This document shows, one piece after another, positions 1 to 14,048 of a DNA stretch of 64,000 bases. Made by a program: the position numbers and the translations under genes. Source of the DNA: Felis catus (Eukaryota); assembly GCF_018350175.1 (NCBI RefSeq), contig NC_058373.1, positions 109,246,001 to 109,310,000 on the forward strand, written 5' to 3'. The notes under the pieces were generated by a model, which saw only the letters and a program-made list of their open reading frames with translations, was not told the DNA's origin and ran no database searches. Positions within the stretch are counted from its first letter, which is position 1. Each line of letters starts with the position of its first letter.

Positions 1-18
1 TGAAAGACACCTTCTGAA

Positions 19-190
19 GGGCACCTGGGTGGCTCAGTTGGTTAAGTGTCTGACTCTTGGTTTTGGCTCAGATCATAATTTCATGGTTCGTGAGTTCCAG
101 CCCGGCATCAAGCTCAGCGCTGCTGGTGCAGAGCCTGCTCTGTCTCTCAAAATAAATTAATAAACTTTAAAAAATATTAAAAAAAAAAAG
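19..190 (+). mobile_element. Can-SINE, internally shortened
   Basis: GGGGCACCTGGGTGGCTCAG head and A tail. Near-perfect TSD aaagacaccttctgaa (3-18) / aaagataccttttgaa (191-206). Confidence 0.9.
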
Positions 191-2604
191 AAAGATACCT
201 TTTGAAAGATGGAAAAGAGTGAGGTGGTAGGTCACAAACTAATTGAGCTCTGTATAGAAAAATGAAGTCAGCCACATCATGTATCTAAGTTCTACTGTAT
301 AAAAATTTAAACTCCCCATTAAAATACTTAGATCTGGAAAGCTGGTATAGTTTTGCTTTGCTCTGAATACACAACCTTTTGAATATGGAGTATCAAAACC
401 CAGTCACTTGTTCAAAAAGAATTTACTGAGCACCTACTATGCTCTCATTATACCAGATATATAGAGGTGAACCAGACAGACAAGTTCCCTGCCTTCACGG
501 CTCCCACTTGAGCTGGGAAGACAAGCAGCAAATATGTAAAGAAAGAATTAAAGAACATAATTATAGCCCATAATAGAAAGATAATGATACGAAGGACAGA
601 GACACTTTAGACAGATTAGGGAGGAAACTTCTCATTGCAAGAAATTGGAGAAAAGGGGTATATCTTATTAATCTCTGATTACTTTTCCCACCACAGAGCT
701 AGGAAGAATAAGAGTTTATCTTGAAGAGTCTCTTCCCTCATGGCATCATCACCTTAGCCCCTTCCCGCCCTGGCCTACCAAGCAGCTCCCCACGCTCCAA
801 ATGTTTTCTCTACTCTGCTCTGATTTCTTCTTCACTGTGACAGTGAGCTAGTTTGAAGCTCAGTCCATGCTGGTGTGCTGACAAGAGACTTACATCTTTC
901 AGAGAACAAAGTGGCATGTGTACAGGGGACTTTTGGAGGGAAAGACACACAAAATAGGGACCATCAGACAAAATGATCAGGGAGATATCTAGAAGTTGTC
1001 TAGCTCCCCTAAATCACTCCTTGGTGGGGGACAGTACTCAGCCTCAGATCAAGAGCTGCCCTTGATCTTTCAAAAATCTGTTCCCCAAATCACACTTTCC
1101 AATATTTAAGAGACAGAATATAATGATCCAGCAAAAGAAATAGAAGAAATAGCCAGAGAAATGGGAGAGAAACCAGGGAGAGATAAACATCAAGAAGCCA
1201 GAGATGTTTCTGCATGGATGAAAAAGTGTCTATGAAATTTAACAAATGTATTTCAAGTGGTGGTAGGGGAAAGAAGTCCACTTTTTAGGTAGTAAAATAA
1301 GATAAGAAAGTAAAGACTCATACTTCTGGAAGCTTGCTTTAAAAAAAAAAAAAGAACTGGTAGTTAGAGCACAGGCAAAGAGAGTGTGAACTCGAGTGTT
1401 CTTCTATTCACATATGTGTATTTTTTTGGATTGAAGAAACAATGAGCACGTTTACTGGCTGATGAGAAAGAGCCAGTAGAGAGCTAGAGAGATGGAAAAC
1501 ACAGCAGAAACAAGAGCAAATAATTGGAGGAAATAAACATTAAAGGATGAAACAGATAACATGACCATACCCTGGACCATCCACACAATTCTAGACTCAT
1601 ATGCATTAACTGCTCACTCAACATCACAAAGGACCATTCCCAATTTAGCAGTTGCTTGCACCAAAAGCCTTAAATTAAATCCTGACTCTTGCTTTCTCTC
1701 ATATTTTGTGGGTCTTAACATTTGTCCAGAGTCTAACCGATTCTAACTACCACTGCCATCATCTTGCACCTTGACTATTACCCTATCTGCCCTCTTCCAT
1801 CCTTTATCTCTTGCAGTCTGTTTTCCACACAGCCATCAGATTGATCTTTATAAAACATAAGACAAATCATGCCACTCTTTGGCCCCAAACCCTCAAAAGC
1901 CTTCCCATCTGACTTGGAAAAAAAGTCTCTAATTTGACCTATCAGGTCCTGTGTGGTTTGGCTGCCCCCTCACTCCCAACCTGCTTCCCTCTTCCAGCCA
2001 GTCTTTGTAAGAGGGTCAAGAAGGTACAGGGATGCATGTCTGCTACAGCCACCCTTTCCTTTTCAGAGAAATAAAAGAAAGGCCATCTGCTGAAATAGGA
2101 AAGGGCAGTCAGAGATTCAGGAGAGCTGAGAAGAAAACATTAGAATTGCACAAGAATAGCTACTCAGCAAAATGTGAGAGGGAGATGACCTAAAATAAGC
2201 AAAGATTTGTAAGATTATGAACAACGTATTGTAGTGGCACCTGTTCACATAGCTGTGGTTTACTCCAGCCAGTTCTCAGCAATCCCGAAACAGGAGCAAA
2301 AGAGGCAGGTAGGTAGATCCAGATTGGAATTTTTTAGGACACAGTGCAGTGACAGGACAAGGGATGATGGAATCTAGAATTCTGGTGTGTGTCTGGGATT
2401 GGGGGGGGGGGAGAAGGGGGGAAGGAAGAGTGCTCTCTAGCCAGCTCCCCCTAAGAGAAGAGAGTTAGAAAATACACCTACTATGGGGTTCTTTTGAGGC
2501 CTTTTCTAAGAAAACTGAAAAGGCAAAGTCATAGGCAGCTTAGCATAAGAAAAGCTCCTGAGGTCAACACCACCCATCCCAAAGTCTCATTAGAAGAGTC
2601 ACCT

Positions 2605-2816
2605 GGAGTGCCTGGGTGACTCAGTCAGTTAAGCATCTGACTTCCGCTGAGGTCACGATTTCATGGTTTGTGAGTTCAAGCCCCGCGTTGGGCTCTGTGC
2701 TGACAGCCTGGAGCCTGCTTCGGATTCTGTGTCTCCTTTTCTCTCTGCCCCTCCCCAACTTGTGCTCTGTCTCTCTATGTCTCTCAAAAAATAAATAAAT
2801 GTAAAAAAATTTTTTT
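2605..2816 (+). mobile_element. Can-SINE
   Basis: tRNA-derived head, CT-rich body, AATAAA/A tail. Confidence 0.9.
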
Positions 2817-4649
2817 AGAAAAGAAAAATCAACACCCATCTCTTTTGCCAAGTCTTAACTAGAGGTAGGAGTTTAAGTGTCCTTCCCTTACATTCATTTT
2901 AAATCAGTAAGGCTCCCAAATTAGATTTTCACAGATTAAGACTTTTGGGGGGTTGTTAAACATAAATTCAACTTTAAAGAAGAGAGTATCTAAAGGGCTA
3001 GCTCAGAACTAGCTTCAGAGAGAATCTTTTAAAGCCTCCAGTATTTCCTGACAGTCAACCAGAACATAACTCTCATCCCATAAAAATCTTCCTATCTACA
3101 CACACAAAGCCCAAAACTACAACCATGTACCTGGCACCTCTACTCCCAGGGAGGCCTGATGCAGTCATTGCAATTTATGTAAATATTATGTAAAGATGTA
3201 AGAAGCAGTCACTTAGGAACTGGCTTAGAAATTGCTCCAAAGAAAATCCCCTGTCTGAGCATACCAAAGCAATTCTTAAATCCATACATAAAGCCTTCTG
3301 GGTATAACATTTATTTTAGCAAATTCTAAATATATTCATATGTGGACTTGTTAGTCTTTCAACCTTTGAAAAATTTTGTAAGTATTTTGTTTCCAGCAAA
3401 ATTAAAAGTATAAACCAGTTGACCCTTGATGCCACATACATAAGGATCCTGTAAGTCCCCAGTGCTTTCTCTCTAGAGAGCACAATTTCACCCACCAGGC
3501 AAACACCCACCTTGGGCAATAGACACGTTCATAGGAATCAACACAAATTTATTAGAAGGTTACCATATAATTTCATAAGTAAAATTCTTCCCTAGCTGAA
3601 ACCCCTGTTCTTAGAATGTGGGATTTCATAAAAACGTCTTTGCAAGTCAATCTCCTTTTCTATCTTGTAACATGGAAAGAAAATTCCAAGTGTATGTACC
3701 CTATCTAATAGTCTAATGTATATATATTTTATTGAACTTGAATGGTGATTTAGAAAAATAAAAGGCAACATTGGCAGTGAAAAATATTGTGTAAGCATTA
3801 TCTGTCTGCACTAAGTTAAATTTTTCTTCATATTTTCCTTCATATTAGAAAAAAAAAAAGGTTTAGATCCCAAAAAGGCAAATTCCCCCATGTGATTCTC
3901 TCCCCTCAACTATCCAATGAAACTACTCATAGAAGGTCACCAATGACCTCATAATACTAACCAGACCCTCCTGAGTCACTGTCCCATTTCTCTTGTTGTT
4001 CTCCCTTCCTTCTTGAAGTTGCAAGAAACTTCTTCTGGAGCCATGCTTTCTTTTTATCCTTCTGGGCTCTCTTCTTTATCCTTCTGTGGCTCTCCTCCCT
4101 CAAGTGTCATCCTTCACCAGCTTCATTCTGAATCTACCCTGCCACTCTCTTGACATCGGTTACTTTCTCTACCCTGTGATTCACAAAGAGATCTCACCAT
4201 GTCTTACATCTCTGGAACCCCAAGATCACACTTTTAACTGTCTAACCTAACGTACATTACCACCTAAATGACCTCAGGCACCTCACACTCAAACATGTTC
4301 AAAATAGAACCATTCTCTTCCCCCAGGAATAGTTGCTTCTTTTTTCCTATCTCAGAAAAGAACGTGGTCATTCACACAGCTGAATTAGCCAGAAACCTTC
4401 CAGTCCTTTTGGATTCTTCTCTCTATCATATTTGACACATTTATCCACTCACCAATAACAACTTAAAAAAGCATTTCAGGAATTTTATATACAATCTATT
4501 TTTGAGTATTCCAAAAAAACTCTGCAATGTAGTGATCTCCATTTTACAGATGAAGGTCTAGATAACTGGTGTAAATTCTTAATAATTGAACATAGGTTTG
4601 TCTGACTCTAAAGTCCATGGTCTTTTCATAAACTATGTTGTCTCCCTAG

Positions 4650-5088
4650 ACTGTGGGAAAGTATGAATATGCGGCACCTGGCCTGCCACCTGCTTAAAGT
4701 TTTATTGGAACATAGGCATGCCCATTTATTTATGTCTTTGCCTCTTCTAACACTACAACAGCAGAGGGGCACCTGGGTGGCTCAGTCAGTTAAGCATCTA
4801 ACTCTTGGTTTTGGCTCAGGTCATGATCTCACATTTCATGGGTTTGAGCCCTGCATCAAGCTCTGTACTGATAGTGCAGAGCCTGCTTGGGATTCTCTCT
4901 CTCCCTTTCTCTCTCTGCCCCTCCTCTGCCCATGCTCTCTCTCCTCTATCTCTCTCTCTCAAAATAAATAAACATTAAAAAAAAAACACTACAATACCAG
5001 ACATGAGTGGTTGCAACAGAGACTTGACCATGAAGCCTAAGATAGTTGTTAACTGTCATTTTACAGAAAAAACAATTCGCTGGTTCTG
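4650..5088 (+). mobile_element. hAT-Charlie MER58-like relic interrupted by a SINE
   Basis: Motifs aaagttttattggaacatag...catttatttat and gagtggttgcaacagagac...tttacagaaaaa, matched to recalled consensus. Confidence 0.65.
4766..4986 (+). mobile_element. Can-SINE nested in the MER58-like element
   Basis: TSD aacactacaacagcaga / aacactacaataccaga. Confidence 0.92.
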
Positions 5089-5639
5089 AAACTGCCACCT
5101 TCCATATCCCTACCCCCTCAATTTATGACTTCCTGAATCATTGCAACAGCCTCCAAACTGGTTTCTCTACCTGCAGCTTTTCTCTGCTCCAATTCATCCT
5201 CCACACAGAAGAATGAAATTCTTCTTTATCTCACAACCTTTAGGATAAATGATAAACTCCTTGCCAAGCTATGCAAGTGAAATACATGGAGTTCTACAAA
5301 AGGGCCAAGCCATTTCATTCCTGTTTTTTTCACATATGTTCTCTTTATTTCAAAAAGTACCGAAGTCCAGTATGTTTTTCTATTCTAATCTCATGAGTCA
5401 CTTCCTCCCAGAAATCTTCCTGCATTCCTCAGGATAAGCTAGGTAAACTTTTTTCATTCATTCAACATGTTTAATGAGCATAACTTTCAACTAGGCACAA
5501 TACTTTGTGCTAAATATGTAATGACAAATAGGACAAAGAACAGACCCTATTCTTACCTGCTCTGTAGTTCAGCCCAACTTCTTTGTTCATTTGTTCAAAG
5601 TCTTAGCTTTTAGCTCACCGTATAAAGACAAATAAGAAG

Positions 5640-6165
5640 GAGATGACGATGGAGAAGTAATGAAGATGGGGAAAGAGTTGCACATGGAAATGGGGACAGA
5701 GATGGAGATGGGGATGGGGATGCAGACGGGGATGGGAATGGGGAAATAGTTGCATGTGAAAATGGGGACAGAGATGGGGATGGAGATAGGGATGGGATGG
5801 AGATGGGGATGGGATGGAGATGGAGATGGGGATGGGGATGGGGATGGGGATGGGGATGGGGATGGGGAAATCGTTGCATGTGGAAATGGGAACAGAGATG
5901 GGGATGGGGAAGGGATGGATATGGGATGGGGATGAGGTTGGAGAAGGGGATAGAGATGAGGATAGGAATGGGATGAAAGGAGGATGGACATGCAGATGGA
6001 TATGGACATGGAAACAGGGATGGGCATGATGATGGAGATGGGGCTGGAGACTGGGATGGGAATGGAGATGGGAATAGAAATGAGGATGGAGATGGAGAGA
6101 GAAGGCGGATGGACATGGACATGGACATGGGGACGGGAATAGAGATAAAGGGAATGGGAGAGAAA
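5640..6165 (+). repeat. Purine-rich (GATGGG/GGGGAT)n degenerate hexamer repeat with a thrice-repeated higher-order unit
   Basis: Directly visible; perfect GGGGAT run at about 5828-5867. It generates the spurious PSPSPS/HPHPHP/GDGDGD ORFs. Confidence 0.95.
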
Positions 6166-6958
6166 GAAAGATGATTCAGTGATTCTCTTGTCTGACACTC
6201 ACCATACTACTAACTTACTGAGAGCCATAAAGTATCCAGTTTGTCTGCTTAATAACTGTCTGGGACAATGATATGATGAATGAATTAAATAATTTTGAGT
6301 GATACTGAGACACAAGGTAGTTCCAGAGACCAGCTCTTTCAAATAGACCAGACTAATTACTGAGCCACAGAGAAAATTTCCTGTTTTCTGGGAAAACTCA
6401 ATCTTTATAGAATCTGAGAGGCTTTGTGAAAATGTGACTAGGCATAAAAAGAAACATGAGTATAAAAGAACATTCCTGCAAAAGATACAAGTTCTATTGT
6501 GATTAAGAAATGGAATAAAGTACACACCACATAGCCTTTTCCTAACTACCAGGCTATACATCTGCAACTACTAAACCATGAATAAAGGTACTTATAACCC
6601 TGAACTTTGTGTTCCACAAAATGTTTTTCCTCATAGGATACTCAGCTTATTAAAGAAAAGAGATTTAAAAAAAAAAGAAAGAAAGAAAATCTTTTTTACA
6701 AGCAGAAGTAAAGCAGACACAAAGAATTGACCCAGTTTCCAAAATAAACATTAAGCTTAAAAGTCTCTCCATCTGGCTGAATCTAAAACCAGAAATGAAA
6801 ATCAGCATGTTCACACTCCACTTCCTACCTACACCACAACAGCAAGGGCAAGAAAAAATTCAACATGTAACTTAGGATTGTATCTCAGTCACCTAAAGTC
6901 TCATGTTAAGATCCGAAGAATAATTGTTTAATATTGGAAAAGGGCAACAGTTCACTTT

Positions 6959-7037
6959 TATTTTTTTAAAGCAGCATTTCTTTAATATTTATTTTATTTC
7001 ATTCTACTTTTTTTCTTCCAAGTTTTTATTTAAATTC
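6959..7037 (-). mobile_element. Tiny 5'-truncated carnivore L1 3' end with A-rich tail
   Basis: Reverse complement reads ctggaatttaaataaaaacttggaagaaaaaaa. Flanked by cagttcacttt / cagtccacttt. Confidence 0.6.
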
Positions 7038-8195
7038 CAGTCCACTTTGAAACCTGCCTGGACATCTGTGTAGGCCAATATCCTTCAGAGTTCCCACTGG
7101 TCTGGTGCACACACTTCTCCTTGGGCCCTACTCTTATGTCCTGAAGCAAATGTCTTTCAGTCTATCTAGCTGCCTAATTTCTATTCAAAAAACACTCTTC
7201 TTTCCAAAAAGAATATTTTCTTTTCTCTACAAGATTTCCTGACAGTGTCCCCTCATTACTGAATATATTCCATAAAAGATGCACCTTACTCTCAATAAAA
7301 TTGGCAAGATATGTAATATACATGAAAAACCCTAAAACCGGTAAGTGGAACGTCTTCCATTTCATTATTAACCTCATTACCAACAGCCAACCCAACTCTA
7401 AGAACAGTGGCATAACTGCACTAACAGAATCTGAAATATTTGTTAGCACAGACAGGAATATTAAAAGTCATTTATTTCAACTCCTGCATTACACAACTGA
7501 AAAACTAAAACCAAAGAGATTCAAAGACTCTCTAAGGTCACACAGGCCTTCACCCTCAACTTATTCTATATTCTCCCAATCTCTGGGTCTCACCATTTTC
7601 TATTTATTTCCTTTTCCTATGGAGAGAGATAAAAGCAATGCCTATAATCTCAGCTTGGCTTTTATCTGAACTCCACAGAGAATGCTAAATTAGATCACCA
7701 ACTGGAGAATATGGTGCATGGCATCAGCCTCCTCTGAGTGATGTTGAGTGACCAGTGTGTAACCAAGGGCTCCCTGGTGGCTTAACCACCCACATGAAGA
7801 TTCGAATTTCTCTTCATGCACATCTCACTAGCAGATGGTCCTGCTGTACTTCTAAATATGCTAAACCATTTGCCTGCTGCATTGTAAACCGTATTAGTCA
7901 ATTACACGAGAGTTCTTAGACTGTTTGGGCTATCATCTATTACATCCTGTTTGAAAATTGTAGATTAGCGTTTTTATGACTACCTGCCTACCAATTAATC
8001 TCAGCAGTTTTCATATTTATAGTTTTTAGTCTTTCTTTGTTTTACTTTTAAAGATTTAATTTGCACGACATCCCGCCAGGACAGATTCTGATTGCCATAT
8101 ACCACATGAGTCAGGCTGCTTCAATCTAGCAACTAAGCAGGCAAAAATAGGGAAAAAATGCTTTTAAATACAATAAGTACCCCAAGTCTAATCTT

Positions 8196-8427
8196 ATTTT
8201 AATTTATTTTCATTTTTATTTATTTACTTACTTATTTTTGAGAGAAAGAGAGAGAAAGAGAGTGCAAGCAGGGGAGGGGCAGAGAGAAAGAGAGAGAAAT
8301 AACCTTAAGCAGGCTCCACTTCCAGCATGGAGCCCAACGGGGCTCCATTCAATGCCCTTAAGATCACGACCTGAGCCAAAAATCAAGAGTCGGATGCTTA
8401 ACCGACTGAGCCACCCAGGCGCACCCC
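8196..8427 (-). mobile_element. Can-SINE (sense to KCNH5)
   Basis: Ends in ctgagccacccaggcgcacccc. TSD aagtctaatcttat / aagtcaaatcttat. Confidence 0.9.
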
Positions 8428-8509
8428 TGCAAAGTCAAATCTTATAGCCCTTTGAAATATGCTGTGTACATGTTTACTAATGTATTTAACAGTGTATTAA
8501 AACAAAATA

Positions 8510-8728
8510 GGGGCGCCTGGGTGGCTCAGTCAGTTGAGCATTCTACTTCAGCTCAGGTCATGATCTTGCGGTTTGTGAGTTCCAGCTCCGCGTCAGGCTC
8601 TGTGCTGACAGCTCAGAGACTGGAGCCTGCTTCGGATTCTGTGTCTCCCTCTCTCTCTGCCCCTCCCTGGCTCATGCTCTGTCTCTGTCAAAAATAAATA
8701 AACATTAAAAAAATTAAAAAAGAAAATT
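8510..8728 (+). mobile_element. Can-SINE
   Basis: Full head and body. TSD aaacaaaata. Confidence 0.92.
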
Positions 8729-9305
8729 TTAAACAAAATAAAGCAAGCAAATGAACAAAAAATAGAGAAAAAGTGAGAGAGAAAAAGAGAAAGAGAAAAT
8801 TTATGGTTGGACATAAATTATTCATGGCATAAAGTTATTTATAACTTATATTTTATTTTATATGTTTCTTTTTTAAAAAAAATTATAGTGAAAGATGCAA
8901 GTGTATAGATTTTTATAATGGTTGGATTAAAGAAAAATACAATTTATATGATCATTTAGTAATCAAGAAGAAACTAAGTAAGCAATTGCTTCTCTGATAA
9001 ATCTTTAAAAGCGGATTCATAAAAATACATTAAGACAAAAGGATAATCATATCAGAAACATTCCATTCTCATATTTCTTTGTTTTATAGTCATCAAAACA
9101 AATCATCAGTGCACTAAGGTGCTTTCTGAATAGAAGCAAAATTAGTCAGTCTGCTAATCTTTGTAAAAAAGAAAATAATTAGGGGCTCAATAAGATTATA
9201 CAAATGAAATGGATTAGAGAGCATTTCATGAAGGCATCATGACATATTTACTCTGCAAATAAGCAAAGACATTACCCACATCTTGATCTTTAAAAAAAAA
9301 GTATG

Positions 9306-9515
9306 CAGGGTATGCAGTATGCAGTTGAACTTCCGAGTCTTGATTTCGGCTCAGGTCATGATCTCGGTGTTTGTGAGTTTGAGCCCTGCATCAAGTTCTG
9401 CACTGGCAGTGCAGGGCTTGCTTGCAATTTTCTGTCTCCTGTCTCCCCCCTGTCTCTGTCCCTCCCTTGCTCACTCTCTCTCTATCTCTCTCAAAAATAA
9501 ATATAACATTTTTTT
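9306..9515 (+). mobile_element. Can-SINE, diverged head
   Basis: tcttgatttcggctcaggtcatgatctc, CT tract and AATAAA. TSD aaagtatgc. Confidence 0.85.
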
Positions 9516-10465
9516 AAAGTATGCTATTTTCCACAACTGCTGTAGAACTCAACACAAAAATATCTTTTCGCAAATGTCCTCTGGCAGTGAATTTGATGAA
9601 TGTCAGCAGAGCTGTCAGGTTCATTCATGAATGGACAAATGCAGAGGAATGAGAGAGAGTTAACTACCCTGCGGTAGTGTAATGGCTGCTACCAGAGCCA
9701 TGGAGTTCTACCCAAGGCATAGAGCATGCCAAAGCTGAGAAGAGACAAAATTGAGATAAAGAATGCATGGGGGTAGATATATGTTGAGAAGATCCAAAAA
9801 AACTTTTCCAGTTCTATAATCTGAGCAAGGTGATTCTCCATCTTGGGCAAATGATGGAACAAAGGATTTAAGTCTAGTAAATCTCCGGGTAGCAGGAAGA
9901 AATACCCTGGGATCCTGCTGATGCAGAAGGGATCGAAAGGGAACACAGAGTGACTGGAATTGAAGGGAGGCCACAGTCATAAATTTTGTCTGAAGATTTG
10001 TCTGATAGCAACAAGGAGAACCTTGGGACTGTGTTCCTGGATGGAGTCCGTATGCAATTCAGCATCAGGGGGGAAGGACCTAGAGGTCAGAGAGGAAAGC
10101 CCATTAAAGAAAGAAGAGGGCTCAGAAAGGACCTAGGAACTGGAACTGTTGCCATTAAAATTTCTCAATTTTGCTAGAAGGCATGGAAATTTCAGATGAC
10201 TTTCTCCAGAAAAAGAAGCTATGATTTACAAGTAGTGATTACTTCTTCCACAGAATATAGGCATTTTTCACAACAGAATATAGGCAGTTGGTATCTCCAT
10301 CAACGTTTTGATAAAATACTTTTCTTAGTTACTGTGTTAAAAGGTTGTAAGTGGTGCTTCTCAAACAGCCAGCATGGATTGACTAGAATCTTAACACAAC
10401 TAAAAGCATGAACCTTTCTGTTTTCTATCTCCCTCTTCTCTTACTCTCCTACTCTCCTTCCCCAT

Positions 10466-10484
10466 CACACACACATACACACAC

Positions 10485-10534
<50 letters not shown>
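10466..10534. repeat. Compound (CA)n(GA)n microsatellite
   Basis: Directly visible. Confidence 0.95.
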
Positions 10535-10539
<5 letters not shown>

Positions 10540-11189
10540 CGCTAAATCCCTGGCTGTATCTATGGCTGATAACACATATTGGGAACAGTAGTAGTTTGTT
10601 TTGTTTTCCTTGGTGTTATTGTAGGGGGAAAAAGTGACACTAAGACTACAAATAGCTTCAGTAGGTACATTTGGTTGATATTTTGAGCTTGTGTGTCTAA
10701 TAAATTTTGGAATTGTGAGAAGTTACTGTTATACTTCATGGGTCTTGACAGTTTTCTATCAACTTCTTGGGTTGTTTCAAAGGAAACATATCATTAAATT
10801 ACTAAGGACCCAAGGACTAAGAAGGAAATTAAAAGGCATCTTCCTGGGACGATCTTGGCAATAGAAACTGGACTTTGAGGCATAAAAAAAGAACAAAAAC
10901 AAAACCAAAACCAAACAAACAAACAAAAAGCTAAAGTCAACAGACAAAAAAATGTCAGAAGCTAGTTTATAAACAGAAAACTACTGCTCAGGTGTTAAAA
11001 GGAAATAGCAGAAACTCAGAAAAGAAAAGGACAAAGTTTGAGACTAGGTGTTCATCTTGAAATCAAGACAAGAACTAAAGAGAAAGAAAAGAAGGAGAAA
11101 GACATTAAGATATAGCAATATATTTGGCCACACATGAAGTAGAGAAAGGATGGGCCCAAGTGAACCGAATAAAGTTTTGTTGGATTTCA

Positions 11190-11612
11190 AGGGGTTATGA
11201 CTGAAAAAAGCCAATTTCAAAAGGTCACATTTTTCATGATTCCACTTACATAACATTCTCAAAATCACAATATTATATAGGTGAAGAGCAAATCAGTAGT
11301 TGCCAGGGTTTAGGGATGCTTTAGGAGAAGGGGTGGGTATGATTATAAAGGGGTAACATGAGAAAGGTTTTTGTGGTGATGGGACAATTCTGTATCTTGA
11401 TTTCAGTGGTAGTTACAGGAAGCTACCCATGTGATTAAAAAAAAAAAAACAGAACTATACACGCATGTTGTATCAGTGCCAATGTTGATCTTGTGCTGGA
11501 TTATACAGGATGTCATTATTGGAGGAAACTAGGTAAAAGGCACAAAGGCCCTCTCTGTACTATTTTTGCAACTTACAGTGAATCAATAATTGCTTCAAAA
11601 TAAATTTTTTTA
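11190..11612 (+). mobile_element. Old L1 (L1MC-like) 3' end
   Basis: Motifs atgattccacttacataacattctc, tcagtagttgccaggg and ctctctgtactatttttgcaact...caaaataaa. Confidence 0.75.
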
Positions 11613-12068
11613 ATCTAACTACGCTCAAGTGTAAGGCAAAATGCATTCTATAATACAAAAAGTAGTATAGTAATAAATACCACATCTGACAAAATGTCTT
11701 CTGAATTTATAAAGCACCGATACATCTTACCAAGTTGGGTATATAGACAACAGTTTAAGAAATCATCAGGATCTTTTTGTATGAAGGAACATATTTCTTC
11801 CTACAAGCCTCTGAAGCAGACAGCACCTGGAATTCTCAGTCTACCTCTTTAAACAGCGAGTGGAACCTGTGCCTTCTTGTTTCTGTACCTGCACAGAGGA
11901 GCACAGAGACGGAAGCTAAACTGCCAACATTGGTGCTCCAATAGCTATCAAATATTCTCACCTCTGAAAATGTGAAAACTGCCTTACTTTGACCTAAGAC
12001 ATTGACTTTTCATAGGCCTCTTGATACTCCTGGACTCTTAACATCTTTCCCATCATTCACAAAATATA

Positions 12069-12257
12069 GGGGTGCCTGGGTGGGTCAGTCAGTTAAGTGG
12101 CCGACTCTTGATCTCTCAGGTCATGAGTTCAAGTCCTGTGTTAGGCTCTGTACTATCAGTGCAGAGCCTGCTTGTGATTCTCTCTGCCTCTCTCTCTGCC
12201 CCTGCCCCACTCATGCTTTTTTTCTCTCTCTCAAAATAAATAAACTTTAAAAAAAAT
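12069..12257 (+). mobile_element. Can-SINE
   Basis: Head, CT tract and A tail. Confidence 0.9.
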
Positions 12258-13238
12258 GTAAACCTCCCCAATGTGGAATCTCAGAAAGGAGGTCTTATAC
12301 CACAAACCAATGACCATGACCTAAAGGCTTAACAAGTACTAATAACACTAATCATACCTCCAGTACAATGATCTTAAGGTTACTCTGGGGGGTTAGAATT
12401 AGGCTTGGATAAATCATCTAAGTCAACTTGAAGGGGTATATAATGGTGAAGTCTCCCCCATAATCTTCTTTTAAAATAGCTTCTTTGATACGTATTTCCT
12501 TAATTTCTGATCTGACACAATCCAGTCTCAGTCTGAGTGTAGAACACATGGTCTTTCAACTCCTTTAGAGAACATTCTAGTCCGAAGAACACCATCCAGG
12601 CATTTAGTACTCAGGAAGCCTGCTAACTCCCAGATACTTTTGTCATTGCCAAATGAGCTCGTATTTACTAATCCTTTAATTCTCTCAAAGGAGCATATAT
12701 TAAACCTAGAGTGTTTATTAACCTAGAGTATTTGCTACGGAGACTAAATTTATGAAACTTTTATTCTTCTTAATTGTAAAAACCTGCAGAAAACTATCCT
12801 GAGATCAACGTTAGTCAAGAATTCAATTACTAACTAAAGTATTTTCTAAACTATGTATCACCCATCATATCCTGGCTGCTTTTTTTGGAATTTAATACAC
12901 TGCCAACAAAACCTATGGGATGTGCCAGATGCTGCCTTTCTAGATGCTGGTTTCCCTTGGAAAGAGCTCTGCTGGTTACAAGGCTGTGAACAGAATTAAA
13001 TCAAAGAGTTCCCATTCCGATTTTCGTACCACTCTATCAACACTGTTTTTCATGTGCTCAGTACATTCTGAAAAGTAAAATGTATTATTTTGCATTTTAT
13101 TTTCTAAGGCTGAATAAAAATTAAACCAATGCAAATAATATGGAATAAACACCTTTCTGAAGACAAAGTAGTTTCATTTTAATCTTGTTAGAGACTGGAG
13201 CCTGGAAAACCACCACCAACAATAATTTTTTGTAATTA

Positions 13239-13688
<450 letters not shown>

Positions 13689-13825
13689 CTAAAGAAAAGA
13701 AAAGAAAAGAAATGACAGGACACTTTCAGAAAAGAAAAGGCTGGGAAACAATTCAATGGTTTACCTTCATGAACTTGATTGCCCATTTATATGCTAAGAA
13801 CATACACATAATATAGCTATGACTT

Positions 13826-14048
13826 GGGGCGTCTGGGTGGCGCAGTCGGTTAAGCGTCCGACTTCAGCCAGGTCACGATCTCGTGGTCCGTGAGTTCGAG
13901 CCCCGCGTCAGGCTCTGGGCTGATGGCTCGGAGCCTGGAGCCTGTTTCCGATTCTGTGTCTCCCTCTCTCTCTGCCCCTCCCCCGTTCATTCTCTGTCTC
14001 TCTCTGTCCCAAAAAATAAATAAACGTTGAAAAAAAAATTTAAAAAAA
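13826..14048 (+). mobile_element. Young felid SINE (SINEC_Fc type)
   Basis: CpG-rich head ggcgcagtcggttaagcgtccgacttcagccaggtcacgatctc. Perfect 16-bp TSD aatatagctatgactt (13810-13825 / 14049-14064). Confidence 0.96.

Noticed and set aside
5587..6198. 203-aa and 172-aa ORFs rich in PS/HP/IS, plus GD/GM ORFs on +
   Set aside because: They are translations of a hexamer repeat that is open in several frames on both strands. There is no splice or protein-family evidence.
7793..7842. 8-bp stem CATGAAGA/TCTTCATG and a CTCF-like CTAGCAGATGGTCC
   Set aside because: The stem is short and the motif is mismatched, so both are compatible with chance. Conservation or ChIP data would be needed.
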